Of a DNA stretch of 34,790 bases, positions 18,087 to 26,747 are shown in pieces (within the stretch, counting starts at the first letter, position 1; each line of letters opens with the position of its first letter). The notes beneath the pieces were generated by a model. The model saw only the letters and a list, made by a program, of their open reading frames with translations, ran no database searches and was not told the DNA's origin. Origin of the DNA: Actinomycetota bacterium (GTDB lineage Bacteria; Actinomycetota; Actinomycetes; Actinomycetales; Microbacteriaceae); contig WLDR01000001.1 of assembly GCA_009704705.1 (NCBI GenBank), forward strand, positions 1-34,790, written 5' to 3'. A program made the position numbers and the translations under genes.

Positions 18087-19991
18087 TTGCCTAAACTCGT
18101 GACTGTGAATGCCTCGACCGGTGACGTCTTGATTGGACGACTTATCGACGGTCGTTATCAGGTAAATCAGCGCATCGCCCGTGGTGGAATGGCAACGGTT
18201 TACCTCGCGACTGACTTGCGGCTCGAGCGACGCGTAGCCGTCAAGGTAATGCACAGTCACCTCGCGGACGACTCCGCCTTCACGAGTCGCTTCATTCAAG
18301 AAGCGCGATCGGCTGCCCGGCTGGCGCACCCCAATGTGGTGAGTGTCTTTGATCAGGGACAAGACAGCGACATTGCCTACTTGATTATGGAATATCTGCC
18401 CGGCATCACCTTGCGTGACTTGCTCAAGGACTACGGAAAGCTGACCGCCGAGCAAACGGTAGACATCATGGATTCCGTGCTCAAGGGCCTGGCTGCCGCG
18501 CACGAATCAGGAATTATCCACCGCGACCTCAAGCCCGAGAACGTGCTTCTCGCGGATGATGGCCGCATCAAGATTGGTGACTTTGGGCTGGCCCGTGCGA
18601 CAACGGCTCACACTGCGTCGGGGCAAGCACTACTCGGGACAATTGCATACCTGAGCCCCGAGCTCCTCACGCGCGGCACCGCAGATGCACGAAGCGACAT
18701 TTATGCACTGGGCATCATGATGTACGAGATGCTCACCGGGGAGCAGCCCTTCACGGGCGATCAACCCATGCAGGTGGCCTACCAGCACGCCCACAACGAT
18801 GTGCCGCGACCGTCGATCTTGAATCCCAACGTTCCGCCAGAGCTCGATGAACTCGTTGTGTGGGCCACTCAGCGCACACCGGCCGAGCGACCGGCAAGCG
18901 CATCCACATTGCTCGATGCGCTCATCACTGCGGAACGTGCGCTCAAGCGGCCAACGGAAGCAACCGGCTTGACCACGCAGCAGACGGTCGTCATGCCCGC
19001 TGGCGAGTCTCCCCGCACGGATTCGACGCGTGTGCTGACCGGCTCGGTCAGACAGGTCGGAACAGAGACCGATGCCGTCGCACGTTTGCATGTCAGCGCA
19101 GAAACACGCAAGAAACGCGGACTGTGGCTCATCATCGCCACAATTGCACTTGCCGCGCTCGGTGGCGGGCTGGGGTGGTTCTTCACTGCGGGGCCGGGTG
19201 CACTCGAGACGATTCCCGCCGTTGCCGGCATGAACCCTGCCGAAGCCAAGAGCACAATCGAAGATGCGGGCTTTGTCGTGAAAAGCGGTCAAGCAAACTC
19301 AAGCACGGTTCCGGCCGGGCTCGTGGCCGGCACCGACCCCACCGAGGGCAGCCTGGTGCAGCGTGGGTCAACCATCACGGTGCTTGTCTCCATCGGACCA
19401 AAGATGCTGCCCGTGCCGACGCTCGTCGGGCTTCCCGAAGCGGAGGCCAAAACCCTCGTCACGTCGGCGGGGTTCAAGGTCGGCACTACGTCCAACCTCT
19501 TCTCTGCGGAGATTGCCAAAGGCACAGTCATTCGCGCACTGGGAACAGACGGCACGGATCTCGGTTCAACCTACGCCGACGGGGCGAACATCACGCTCGT
19601 CGTCTCAGCAGGACCTGTTCCCGATGTCGTCGGCAAGACAATTGAGGAAGCAACGGCGACTTTGCGTGGCGCCGGTCTCACTGTTGGTGCGAACACTGAA
19701 GAGTTCAGTGACACCATCGAGAAGGGTCTCGTCATCTCGCTTGTGATTCCCGAGGCCGGACTCAAACCCGGTGATGTCGTCAACGTTGTGGTCTCAAAGG
19801 GACCCGACCTCGTTGATGTGCCCAACATGGTCGGCTGGACTATTGCGGATGCACTCGCCAAACTTTCGGAGCTTGGGTTCGACGCCTCAACGAACACGCC
19901 AGAAATCTACCGTGATGAGTTACTCGTGAAGTCCCAGTCGGCGGTGGGCGGTACGAAACGTGGCTCCACCGTCATGGTCTACAACCCGTAG
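18087..19991 (+). CDS. pknL: Transmembrane Ser/Thr protein kinase with four extracellular PASTA domains (PknL-like by genomic position)
   Basis: Hanks kinase motifs VAVKVM, HRDLKPENVLL, DFGLA and GTIAYLSPE. TM segment LWLIIATIALAALGGGLGWFF. Four roughly 65-aa PASTA-like repeats follow (VPxxxGxxxxEAxxxLxxAGF...). The exact start is uncertain: TTG 18087, or GTG 18099 or 18105. Confidence 0.92.
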   Translation: MPKLVTVNASTGDVLIGRLIDGRYQVNQRIARGGMATVYLATDLRLERRVAVKVMHSHLADDSAFTSRFIQEARSAARLAHPNVVSVFDQGQDSDIAYLIMEYLPGITLRDLLKDYGKLTAEQTVDIMDSVLKGLAAAHESGIIHRDLKPENVLLADDGRIKIGDFGLARATTAHTASGQALLGTIAYLSPELLTRGTADARSDIYALGIMMYEMLTGEQPFTGDQPMQVAYQHAHNDVPRPSILNPNVPPELDELVVWATQRTPAERPASASTLLDALITAERALKRPTEATGLTTQQTVVMPAGESPRTDSTRVLTGSVRQVGTETDAVARLHVSAETRKKRGLWLIIATIALAALGGGLGWFFTAGPGALETIPAVAGMNPAEAKSTIEDAGFVVKSGQANSSTVPAGLVAGTDPTEGSLVQRGSTITVLVSIGPKMLPVPTLVGLPEAEAKTLVTSAGFKVGTTSNLFSAEIAKGTVIRALGTDGTDLGSTYADGANITLVVSAGPVPDVVGKTIEEATATLRGAGLTVGANTEEFSDTIEKGLVISLVIPEAGLKPGDVVNVVVSKGPDLVDVPNMVGWTIADALAKLSELGFDASTNTPEIYRDELLVKSQSAVGGTKRGSTVMVYNP

Positions 19992-20021
19992 CGACTTCCT
20001 GTCACAGCACACGCAACGCGG

Positions 20022-21428
20022 TTAGCGGCGCTTCAGTTCTTCCGCGACCAAGAACGCAAGTTCGAGCGACTGGCTGTGATTGAGTCGTGGATCGCACAAC
20101 GACTCGTAACGCGTTGCCAACGTTTCTTCGTCAATCATCTCTGATCCGCCGAGGCACTCAGTGACTTCATCACCGGTGAGCTCGACGTGCATTCCGCCGG
20201 GATACGTGCCGACAGCGCGATGAGCCTCAAAGAACCCCTGGACCTCGTCAAGAACATCATCGAAGCGACGCGTCTTGTAGCCATTGGGCGTCGTCATCCC
20301 GTTTCCGTGCATCGGGTCGGTGATCCACAGCGGATTTGCATCGCTCGACTTGACCGCTTCGAGTAGCGCAGGCAGCGCATCCCGAATCTTGCCGGCGCCC
20401 ATGCGGGTGATGAATGTGAGTCGACCCGGTTCGCGGTGCGGATCGAGCTTGTCGATGAGCTGCAACACGTCATCCGGTGACGTTGTCGGGCCGAGCTTGA
20501 CACCGATGGGGTTTCGAACACGCGAGAGAAAGTCGACGTGGGCTCCGTCGAGATCGCGGGTGCGCTCGCCAATCCACACGAAGTGAGCAGAAGTGTTGTA
20601 CGGCGTGCCCGTGCGCGAGTCAATGCGAGTCATCGGGCGTTCGTAGTCCATGAGCAACGCTTCGTGACTGACGAAGAACTCCGTGCGCTTGAGCGCTTCG
20701 AAATCGGCGCCACAGGCGGTCATGAAATTGATGGCTCGGTCAATCTCGCGAGCAAGCTGTTCGTATCGAGCGTTTGCCGGGTTTGATGTGAAGCCCTTGT
20801 TCCAGTTGTGAACTTCGCGCAAGTCTGCAAAGCCACCCTGCGTGAATGCCCGGATGAGGTTCAAGGTCGACGCGCTCGTGTGGTAACCCTGCACCATGCG
20901 AGCTGGGTCTGCGGCGCGCGACTCTGGCGTGAACTCGTAACCGTTGACAATGTCGCCTCGGTAAGCGGGCAATGTGACGTCGCCGCGCGTTTCGGAGTCG
21001 CTCGATCGAGGTTTGGCGAATTGGCCAGCCATGCGGCCCATCTTGATCACGGGCAACTCAGCCGCGTACGTGAGAACGACGGCCATTTGAAGCAACGTCT
21101 TGACGCGATTGCGAATTTGATCAGCCGTTGCACCGGCGAAAGTTTCGGCGCAGTCGCCACCTTGAAGCAAAAACGCTTTGCCACTTGCCGCGACCGCGAG
21201 GCGCTCGCGCAACGTGTCCACCTCACCCGCAAAGACGAGTGGAGGAAGAGAGGCGATCTTCGTGGATGCCGCAGCCACAGCAGCCTGGTCGAGCCATGGC
21301 GGCTGTTGCTTAATCGGCAAGCTACGCCAGTGGTCCAGCCCGTCGATGACGCTCTGCGTTGCGGCGATCACTGCTTCGTTTGTCAATGACAATTCGTCAC
21401 TGCTCCTCTTCGCATATAGAAATCCCAC
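20022..21428 (-). CDS. aroG: Class II 3-deoxy-7-phosphoheptulonate (DAHP) synthase
   Basis: 468 aa. LLQGGDCAETF, GRMAGQFAKPRS and a length typical of actinobacterial/plant-type class II enzymes (Rv2178c-like position). Confidence 0.92.
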   Translation of the reverse strand: MGFLYAKRSSDELSLTNEAVIAATQSVIDGLDHWRSLPIKQQPPWLDQAAVAAASTKIASLPPLVFAGEVDTLRERLAVAASGKAFLLQGGDCAETFAGATADQIRNRVKTLLQMAVVLTYAAELPVIKMGRMAGQFAKPRSSDSETRGDVTLPAYRGDIVNGYEFTPESRAADPARMVQGYHTSASTLNLIRAFTQGGFADLREVHNWNKGFTSNPANARYEQLAREIDRAINFMTACGADFEALKRTEFFVSHEALLMDYERPMTRIDSRTGTPYNTSAHFVWIGERTRDLDGAHVDFLSRVRNPIGVKLGPTTSPDDVLQLIDKLDPHREPGRLTFITRMGAGKIRDALPALLEAVKSSDANPLWITDPMHGNGMTTPNGYKTRRFDDVLDEVQGFFEAHRAVGTYPGGMHVELTGDEVTECLGGSEMIDEETLATRYESLCDPRLNHSQSLELAFLVAEELKRR

Positions 21429-21461
21429 GATTCGTCGAAAGCGAATACGGGAGTTCTCAGC

Positions 21462-22151
21462 CTACCCAGAAAGGGATGCGCGCTTTTCCTTGACGCTACT
21501 GGCGTACACGTCGACGTAGTTCTGTCCGCTCAGGCCGAGGAGCTCGTACATGATTTCGTCTGTGACGGCGCGAAGAATGAACCGGTCACCTTCGAGCCCG
21601 TAAAACCGACTGAAGTCGAGCGGTTCGCCAAAGATGACACCGATGCGACGGATGCTCGGCAAGCGCTTGCCGATGGGCATGGCTTTCTCGGTATCGATCA
21701 TTGCCACGGGAATGACCGGAACGCGGGCCTCCAGAATCATGCGCGCGACTCCGGTTCGACCCCGGTACATCTGCCCATCAGGACTACGTGTGCCCTCGGG
21801 GTAAATGCCGAGAACCTTGCCCTCGGCCAACACACGGAGGCCCGTATTGAGCGACGCTTCCGAGGCCTTACCGCCAGAACGATCAATGGGAAGCTGGCCT
21901 GTTCCCATGAAGAAAACCTTCGTGAGCCACCCCTTGAGACCCTTGCCCGTGAAGTACTCGCTCTTGGCGAGAAACACCATCTGACGCTCAATTACCAGGG
22001 GCAAAAAAATCGAATCGATGAATGACAAGTGGTTCGAAGCAAGAATCACGGGACCCTCGGCAGGAATACGCCCCGCGCCCGTCACCCAGGGACGAAAGAT
22101 TCCCTTGACGAGAGGACCGACAACGATGTTCTTCATCACCCAATAGAACAT
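21462..22151 (-). CDS. plsC: 1-acyl-sn-glycerol-3-phosphate acyltransferase family protein (PlsC-like)
   Basis: 229 aa. Acyltransferase HX4D block ASNHLSFIDSIF and IYPEGTRS block. Confidence 0.85.
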   Translation of the reverse strand: MFYWVMKNIVVGPLVKGIFRPWVTGAGRIPAEGPVILASNHLSFIDSIFLPLVIERQMVFLAKSEYFTGKGLKGWLTKVFFMGTGQLPIDRSGGKASEASLNTGLRVLAEGKVLGIYPEGTRSPDGQMYRGRTGVARMILEARVPVIPVAMIDTEKAMPIGKRLPSIRRIGVIFGEPLDFSRFYGLEGDRFILRAVTDEIMYELLGLSGQNYVDVYASSVKEKRASLSG

Positions 22152-22175
22152 TTGCTCGCCTCCGTGCTCGAGATT

Positions 22176-23123
22176 TCAGTCTAAGCGAGAACGCTCTCGA
22201 GCCAAGTCTGCGGCGCCAACGACGCCGGCATCGTTGACGAGTTCGGCAATGGCGAAATCGGGCTCCGGATGGAATCCGCGCGCTGACATTTCGCGCTGGA
22301 AACTCGCCCGTACGGGGTCGAGAAGTGCCGCGCCGGCCGACGCCACTCCCCCACCGATGACGAAGATTTGCGGGTCGAGCACGGCGGCGATGGATGCGCA
22401 TCCGCGGCCCAACCAATGCGCGACTTCCGTTAACGCCTCGTGAGCGTTCGGGTCACCGTCTTCGAGTAACGCACGAAGGGCATCCGGATCCATGGTGCCG
22501 TCGGTCTCGAGTGCCGCGCGGAGCGGGGTTCCCGCTGGCAGCGCTCTCGCTCGTTCACTCGCGATCCGCAGCAAAGCCCGACCCGATGCGTACTGCTCGA
22601 GACACCCGTGTGCGCCACAACCGCACTCAAGACCCTCATTTACAACGCGCACGTGTCCCAGTTCACCTGCGGCACCGAACCCACCGCGAACGAGGCGCCC
22701 ATCGATGATCACCGCACCGCCGACTCCAGTTCCAGATGTGAGCATCGTCATGTGCGTGTAGCCACGACCCGCGCCAAATCGATATTCGGCCCAACCTGCA
22801 GCGTTGGCGTCGTTCTCGATAACGATGTTTGAGCCGATTCGAGCCTGTAGTTTTTCGCGCAGAGGCTCAGAGCGCCACGATATGTTGGGCGCGTACAAGA
22901 CCGTTGAGCCGTCGGCGTCGATGAAGCCGGCCGCAGCAATTCCGATCCCTGAAACATCACGATTGTCGAGCAGGGTTTTCGCCATAGCAACGATGGCGTC
23001 CTCCATCTCAGCCGCGCTCGACGCGGGCGAGGGCACACGGTTCATTTCTGAGATATTGCCGTCGAGAGAAATAAGTGCCCCGGCGATTTTGGTGCCACCG
23101 ATGTCGATACCGATTGCGTACAT
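22176..23123 (-). CDS. glk: ROK-family glucokinase
   Basis: 315 aa. IGIDIGGTKIAGAL ATP-binding N-terminus and ROK zinc motif CGCGAHGCLEQYASG. Confidence 0.88.
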   Translation of the reverse strand: MYAIGIDIGGTKIAGALISLDGNISEMNRVPSPASSAAEMEDAIVAMAKTLLDNRDVSGIGIAAAGFIDADGSTVLYAPNISWRSEPLREKLQARIGSNIVIENDANAAGWAEYRFGAGRGYTHMTMLTSGTGVGGAVIIDGRLVRGGFGAAGELGHVRVVNEGLECGCGAHGCLEQYASGRALLRIASERARALPAGTPLRAALETDGTMDPDALRALLEDGDPNAHEALTEVAHWLGRGCASIAAVLDPQIFVIGGGVASAGAALLDPVRASFQREMSARGFHPEPDFAIAELVNDAGVVGAADLARERSRLD

Positions 23124-23187
23124 CAGACCTACCCCAACATCGTTTGACTAACTAGAGTGTAGGTGCCATCGAATAAAGGAGTCCGAC

Positions 23188-25020
23188 GTGCAGCAAATCG
23201 AAATGCCCCTGCTTGTAGCGCATGATCCAAATGCGAATGCCACATCAATCTTGTTGGAGAGGGTTACCAAGTCGCCCGACTTGCCCCTGTTCTCGCTTCC
23301 GGATGGTGCAGGTGGCTGGACGACAATCACGGTTCAGGAATTTTATGACCGCGTGACCGCTCTCGCGAAGGGAATGATGGCCTCGGGCATCCAGCCTGGA
23401 GACAAGATCGGTTTGATGTGCAAGACGCGATTCGAATGGACGTTGTTCGACTTCGCCACATGGTTTGCCGGAGCAATCCTGGTACCCATCTACGAGACCA
23501 GCGCACCGAACCAAATCGAGTGGATTCTCGATGACTCTGAGGCGATTGCCATCATCGTCGAGGCCAAGATGCACCGTGAACGGTTTGAGTCGATTAAGTC
23601 CGCAGTGCCCAAGGTGCACACGGTCTGGACCATCGATGACGGAGCCATCGAGGCGATTAGCGCGCTTGGCTCGGGCATTTCCGACGCGGATCTCACAAAG
23701 CGACGTACCAAGGCCAAAGGCAAAGACACTGCCACTCTGATCTACACGTCCGGTTCGACCGGTAGCCCGAAGGGCTGCGTGCTTACCCACGCCAACTTTG
23801 TCGATTTGTGTCGCAATGCCCGCGCCGCCATTCCCGAAGTTGTGAACGAGCGAAGCTCGACGCTCCTCTTCATTCCTCTCGCCCACGTTTTCGCCCGTTA
23901 CATCTCCGTCCTCAGCGTGGACGGTGGTGTTCGGGTTGGACACCAGCCAGATACGACACAGCTGTTGCCCTCGCTTCAGTCGTTCAAACCGTCGTTCTTG
24001 CTTGCCGTTCCGCGCGTCTTCGAGAAGGTCTACAACTCGGCCGAACAAAAGGCTGAAGCCGGCGGCAAGGGCAAGATTTTCCGCACAGCGGCGGCTACCG
24101 CAGTTGAGTACTCGAAGGCCCGAGAAGCGGGTCGCGTCTCTCTCGGCCTATCTCTCAAGTTCAAGCTCTTCGATCGACTGGTGTTTTCAAAGCTCCGCGA
24201 AGCCATGGGAGGCAACGTCCGTTGGGCTGTCTCCGGCTCGGCACCACTCGGTCCTCGACTTGGCCACTTCTTCAACGCCTTGGGCATCACGGTTCTCGAG
24301 GGCTACGGCCTCACGGAAACCACCGCTCCCGCAACGATTAACCGTCCGTCCAAGGTCAAGATCGGCACTGTTGGGCCGGCGCTTCCCGGCGTGTCGATTC
24401 GGATTGCCAAAGATGGCGAGATTGAAGTGAAGGGTATCGACGTATTCAAGGAGTACTGGAAGAACCCGACCGCCACGAAGGAAGCATTCCGCGACGGCTG
24501 GTTCAAGACCGGCGATATCGGAACCCTGGACGAGGATGGCTACTTGTCCATCACTGGTCGCAAGAAAGAAATCATCGTCACCGCCGGTGGAAAGAATGTT
24601 TCACCGGCGTATCTCGAAGATCCAATTCGCGCGGATCCGGTTATTGGTCAAGTCGTTGTCGTGGGTGACCGCCAACCGTTTATTTCTGCTCTCATCACGC
24701 TCGACATCGAGATGCTCCCGATGTGGTTGACGAACAACAAGCTCGACCCGAAGATGACCCTCGCCGATGCTTCCAAGAACGCAGCTATTCGCGACCATGT
24801 GCAGAAGGCCATCGACCGAGCAAACGCTCGAGTCTCGCAGGCGGAATCCATTCGCAAGTTCGTGATCTTGCCCATTGAGTTCACCGAAGCAAGTGGACAC
24901 CTCACGCCCAAGATGAGCATCAAGCGTCACGTGATTGAAAAGGACTTCTCCGACCAGATCACCGAAATCTACGCATCGTCACACTCCACGACCGGTTCGA
25001 TTGAAACGACGGGCTCTTAG
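23188..25020 (+). CDS. fadD: Long-chain fatty-acid--CoA ligase (AMP-dependent synthetase, FadD15-like)
   Basis: 610 aa. AMP-binding motif LIYTSGSTGSPKG, plus GYGLTET, WFKTGDIG and PKMSIKR. AAAGGAG lies upstream of the GTG. Confidence 0.9.
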   Translation: MQQIEMPLLVAHDPNANATSILLERVTKSPDLPLFSLPDGAGGWTTITVQEFYDRVTALAKGMMASGIQPGDKIGLMCKTRFEWTLFDFATWFAGAILVPIYETSAPNQIEWILDDSEAIAIIVEAKMHRERFESIKSAVPKVHTVWTIDDGAIEAISALGSGISDADLTKRRTKAKGKDTATLIYTSGSTGSPKGCVLTHANFVDLCRNARAAIPEVVNERSSTLLFIPLAHVFARYISVLSVDGGVRVGHQPDTTQLLPSLQSFKPSFLLAVPRVFEKVYNSAEQKAEAGGKGKIFRTAAATAVEYSKAREAGRVSLGLSLKFKLFDRLVFSKLREAMGGNVRWAVSGSAPLGPRLGHFFNALGITVLEGYGLTETTAPATINRPSKVKIGTVGPALPGVSIRIAKDGEIEVKGIDVFKEYWKNPTATKEAFRDGWFKTGDIGTLDEDGYLSITGRKKEIIVTAGGKNVSPAYLEDPIRADPVIGQVVVVGDRQPFISALITLDIEMLPMWLTNNKLDPKMTLADASKNAAIRDHVQKAIDRANARVSQAESIRKFVILPIEFTEASGHLTPKMSIKRHVIEKDFSDQITEIYASSHSTTGSIETTGS

Positions 25021-25033
25021 TTGGACGTCTCCG

Positions 25034-25522
25034 TCAGAACCAGTCGGATTCTCTGACTTGCTTCATCGCTTCACGCCGTGTTTCAGGCTCGAGGCGGTCA
25101 AGGTAGAGCATGCCATCTAGATGGTCTGTCTCGTGCTGGAGTGCTTGGGCCATTAAACCTGTGCCCTCAACGAAGATGACGTTGCCGTCGACATCGGTTC
25201 CGCGAACCCGGGCAAAGGGATACCTCGGAGTCTTGAACCACAGGCCGGGTACCGAAAGGCAGCCTTCGTCGACGAGCTCGAGCTCACCATCCACAGCGTC
25301 AATGACGGGGTTCAGCACATAACCGACGTCACCGTCAACGCTGTAGCTGAATGCCCGAAGTCCGACCCCGATTTGAGTTGCTGCAACTCCGGCGCGCCCA
25401 GGCAATGCAACGGAATCCATCAGGTCCTTGACGAGGGCGCGCACGTTCTCGTCAATGGCGTCAATTTCATCTGCACGAGTCTTCAAGACCGGATCACCAA
25501 AGATCCGAATCGGCCGTTCCAC
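25034..25522 (-). CDS. def: Peptide deformylase
   Basis: 162 aa. The three canonical motifs [16 protein letters not shown] and HETDHLDG. Confidence 0.95.
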   Translation of the reverse strand: MERPIRIFGDPVLKTRADEIDAIDENVRALVKDLMDSVALPGRAGVAATQIGVGLRAFSYSVDGDVGYVLNPVIDAVDGELELVDEGCLSVPGLWFKTPRYPFARVRGTDVDGNVIFVEGTGLMAQALQHETDHLDGMLYLDRLEPETRREAMKQVRESDWF

Positions 25523-25533
25523 GGTGACGCGGA

Positions 25534-26589
25534 TTAGTTGTCTTGAAGTCCGTCGACGACGAGGGCAGCCAGCAGTCGCGCGGCTTCCTGCGTGACCGGG
25601 CGCAACTTATCGAAATCTATGACGGAGCCGGCGGCGAGAAGCGGGTCGTAAGGAATTCGAACCACATCACGAACGCGTGAGCGGAAGTGTGCCTCGATCT
25701 CTTCAAGCTTGACGATGTTCGTGCCCTGAGTCGCCGTGTTAATGGTCACAATCGCATTGCGCACAAGATTGCTGTATCCGTTTGCATCCAACCAGGTCAG
25801 CGTTTCGGCGGCCAGACGGGATTCGTCGAAACTTCCACCCGAGACCACAACGACAGCGTCGGCTCGTTGAAGGGTCGCGCGCATCACCGAGTGAACGATG
25901 CCCGTTCCACAGTCAACAAGTGCAATCGAGTAATAACGAGAGACCATGTCGGCGACGACGTTGAAGTCGTTCTCGTCAAAAGCCTCGGAGAGCAACGGGT
26001 CAGTGTCTGACGCAAGAACATCGATGCGCGATTTGTCGCGCGTGATGAAGTTGGAGAAATCGGTGAACGTTGAAATCGTTGCCGCCTTGTTAACAACGTC
26101 GCGAACCGTGAACTGACTACCTCGAACGAAACGTTCCGCGAGCGTTCCACGGTCGGGGTTAGCGTCAATGGCAATGACGCGGTCCTCGCGAACCCGAGCC
26201 AGGGCCATGCCGAGCAGGGTCGTCACGGTTGTCTTTCCGACACCGCCCTTTCGGGTGAGAATGGCAATGAAACGCGGACCACCGCTACCTACATTGCGTC
26301 CAATGCTGAGGTCGATGGCCTTACGATGGCGAACCGACATCGAGTCGCCACGGTTGACGAGACCAAATGTCGACTTGTACAAGAAACGGTTGAAGCCCTC
26401 GGTCGGAACGTCATACACCGGGTCAAGGTCGAGCACGCGATCGGGGGTCAGTAGCGAAACCGGTTCGGGGTGAACGGAAGCTTCACCCGACTTGCGGTCG
26501 CGTCGCGACGGCATGGCTGGCCCGTCAACGGGCACCTGAATCGGGGTTTCACCTGTCGTCACCGGGATGACAATTTCCGTCGTCGACAC
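25534..26589 (-). CDS. MinD/ParA/CpaE-superfamily P-loop ATPase with a roughly 100-aa N-terminal extension
   Basis: 351 aa. Deviant Walker [16 protein letters not shown], then [11 protein letters not shown] and IALVDCGTG (Walker B-like). N-terminal segment [25 protein letters not shown]. Its stop is 11 nt before the def start. No ATG/GTG/TTG exists upstream of GTG 26589 although the frame stays open for 48 more codons. Confidence 0.8.
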   Translation of the reverse strand: MSTTEIVIPVTTGETPIQVPVDGPAMPSRRDRKSGEASVHPEPVSLLTPDRVLDLDPVYDVPTEGFNRFLYKSTFGLVNRGDSMSVRHRKAIDLSIGRNVGSGGPRFIAILTRKGGVGKTTVTTLLGMALARVREDRVIAIDANPDRGTLAERFVRGSQFTVRDVVNKAATISTFTDFSNFITRDKSRIDVLASDTDPLLSEAFDENDFNVVADMVSRYYSIALVDCGTGIVHSVMRATLQRADAVVVVSGGSFDESRLAAETLTWLDANGYSNLVRNAIVTINTATQGTNIVKLEEIEAHFRSRVRDVVRIPYDPLLAAGSVIDFDKLRPVTQEAARLLAALVVDGLQDN

Positions 26590-26716
26590 AGATACTGCCG
26601 CCTGAGGGTCAACGGTGATTTCTTCTCGAGCGGGTGCTGCACGGCGACCCGTCGCGCGTGCTGGTGCGCGTCCCGATGATTGTGCCTCGTCAGTCGATTT
26701 CTTCTTAATGATCGTG

Positions 26717-26741
26717 TTCCGTTTCCGTATCCGTTATCCGT
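26717..26741. repeat. Four tandem copies of the hexamer (T/A)TCCGT (minus strand ACGGAT-a-ACGGAT-ACGGAA-ACGGAA) immediately after the pyc stop
   Basis: Read directly. TCCGT cores lie at 26718-22, 26724-28, 26730-34 and 26737-41 (spacing 6, 6 and 7 nt). Confidence 0.8.
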
Positions 26742-26747
26742 TCAAGA

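Noticed and set aside
21429-21461. Small inverted repeat ATTCG-N7-CGAAT in the plsC-aroG spacer, and similar 4-5-bp repeats in the 11090-11212 (ftsI-murE), 30156-30235 and 23124-23187 spacers.
   Set aside because: The arms are only 4-6 bp with long or irregular loops, which is expected by chance in spacers of this size. There is no T-run and no positional relation to promoter-like elements.
15813-25020. Whether the block resembling M. tuberculosis Rv2169c-Rv2187 joined directly to the def/pyc/garA region marks a rearrangement or an island boundary.
   Set aside because: There are no flanking repeats, tRNA, integrase or composition shift at the junctions (about 25020-25034). Differences in gene order relative to mycobacteria are expected at this phylogenetic distance.
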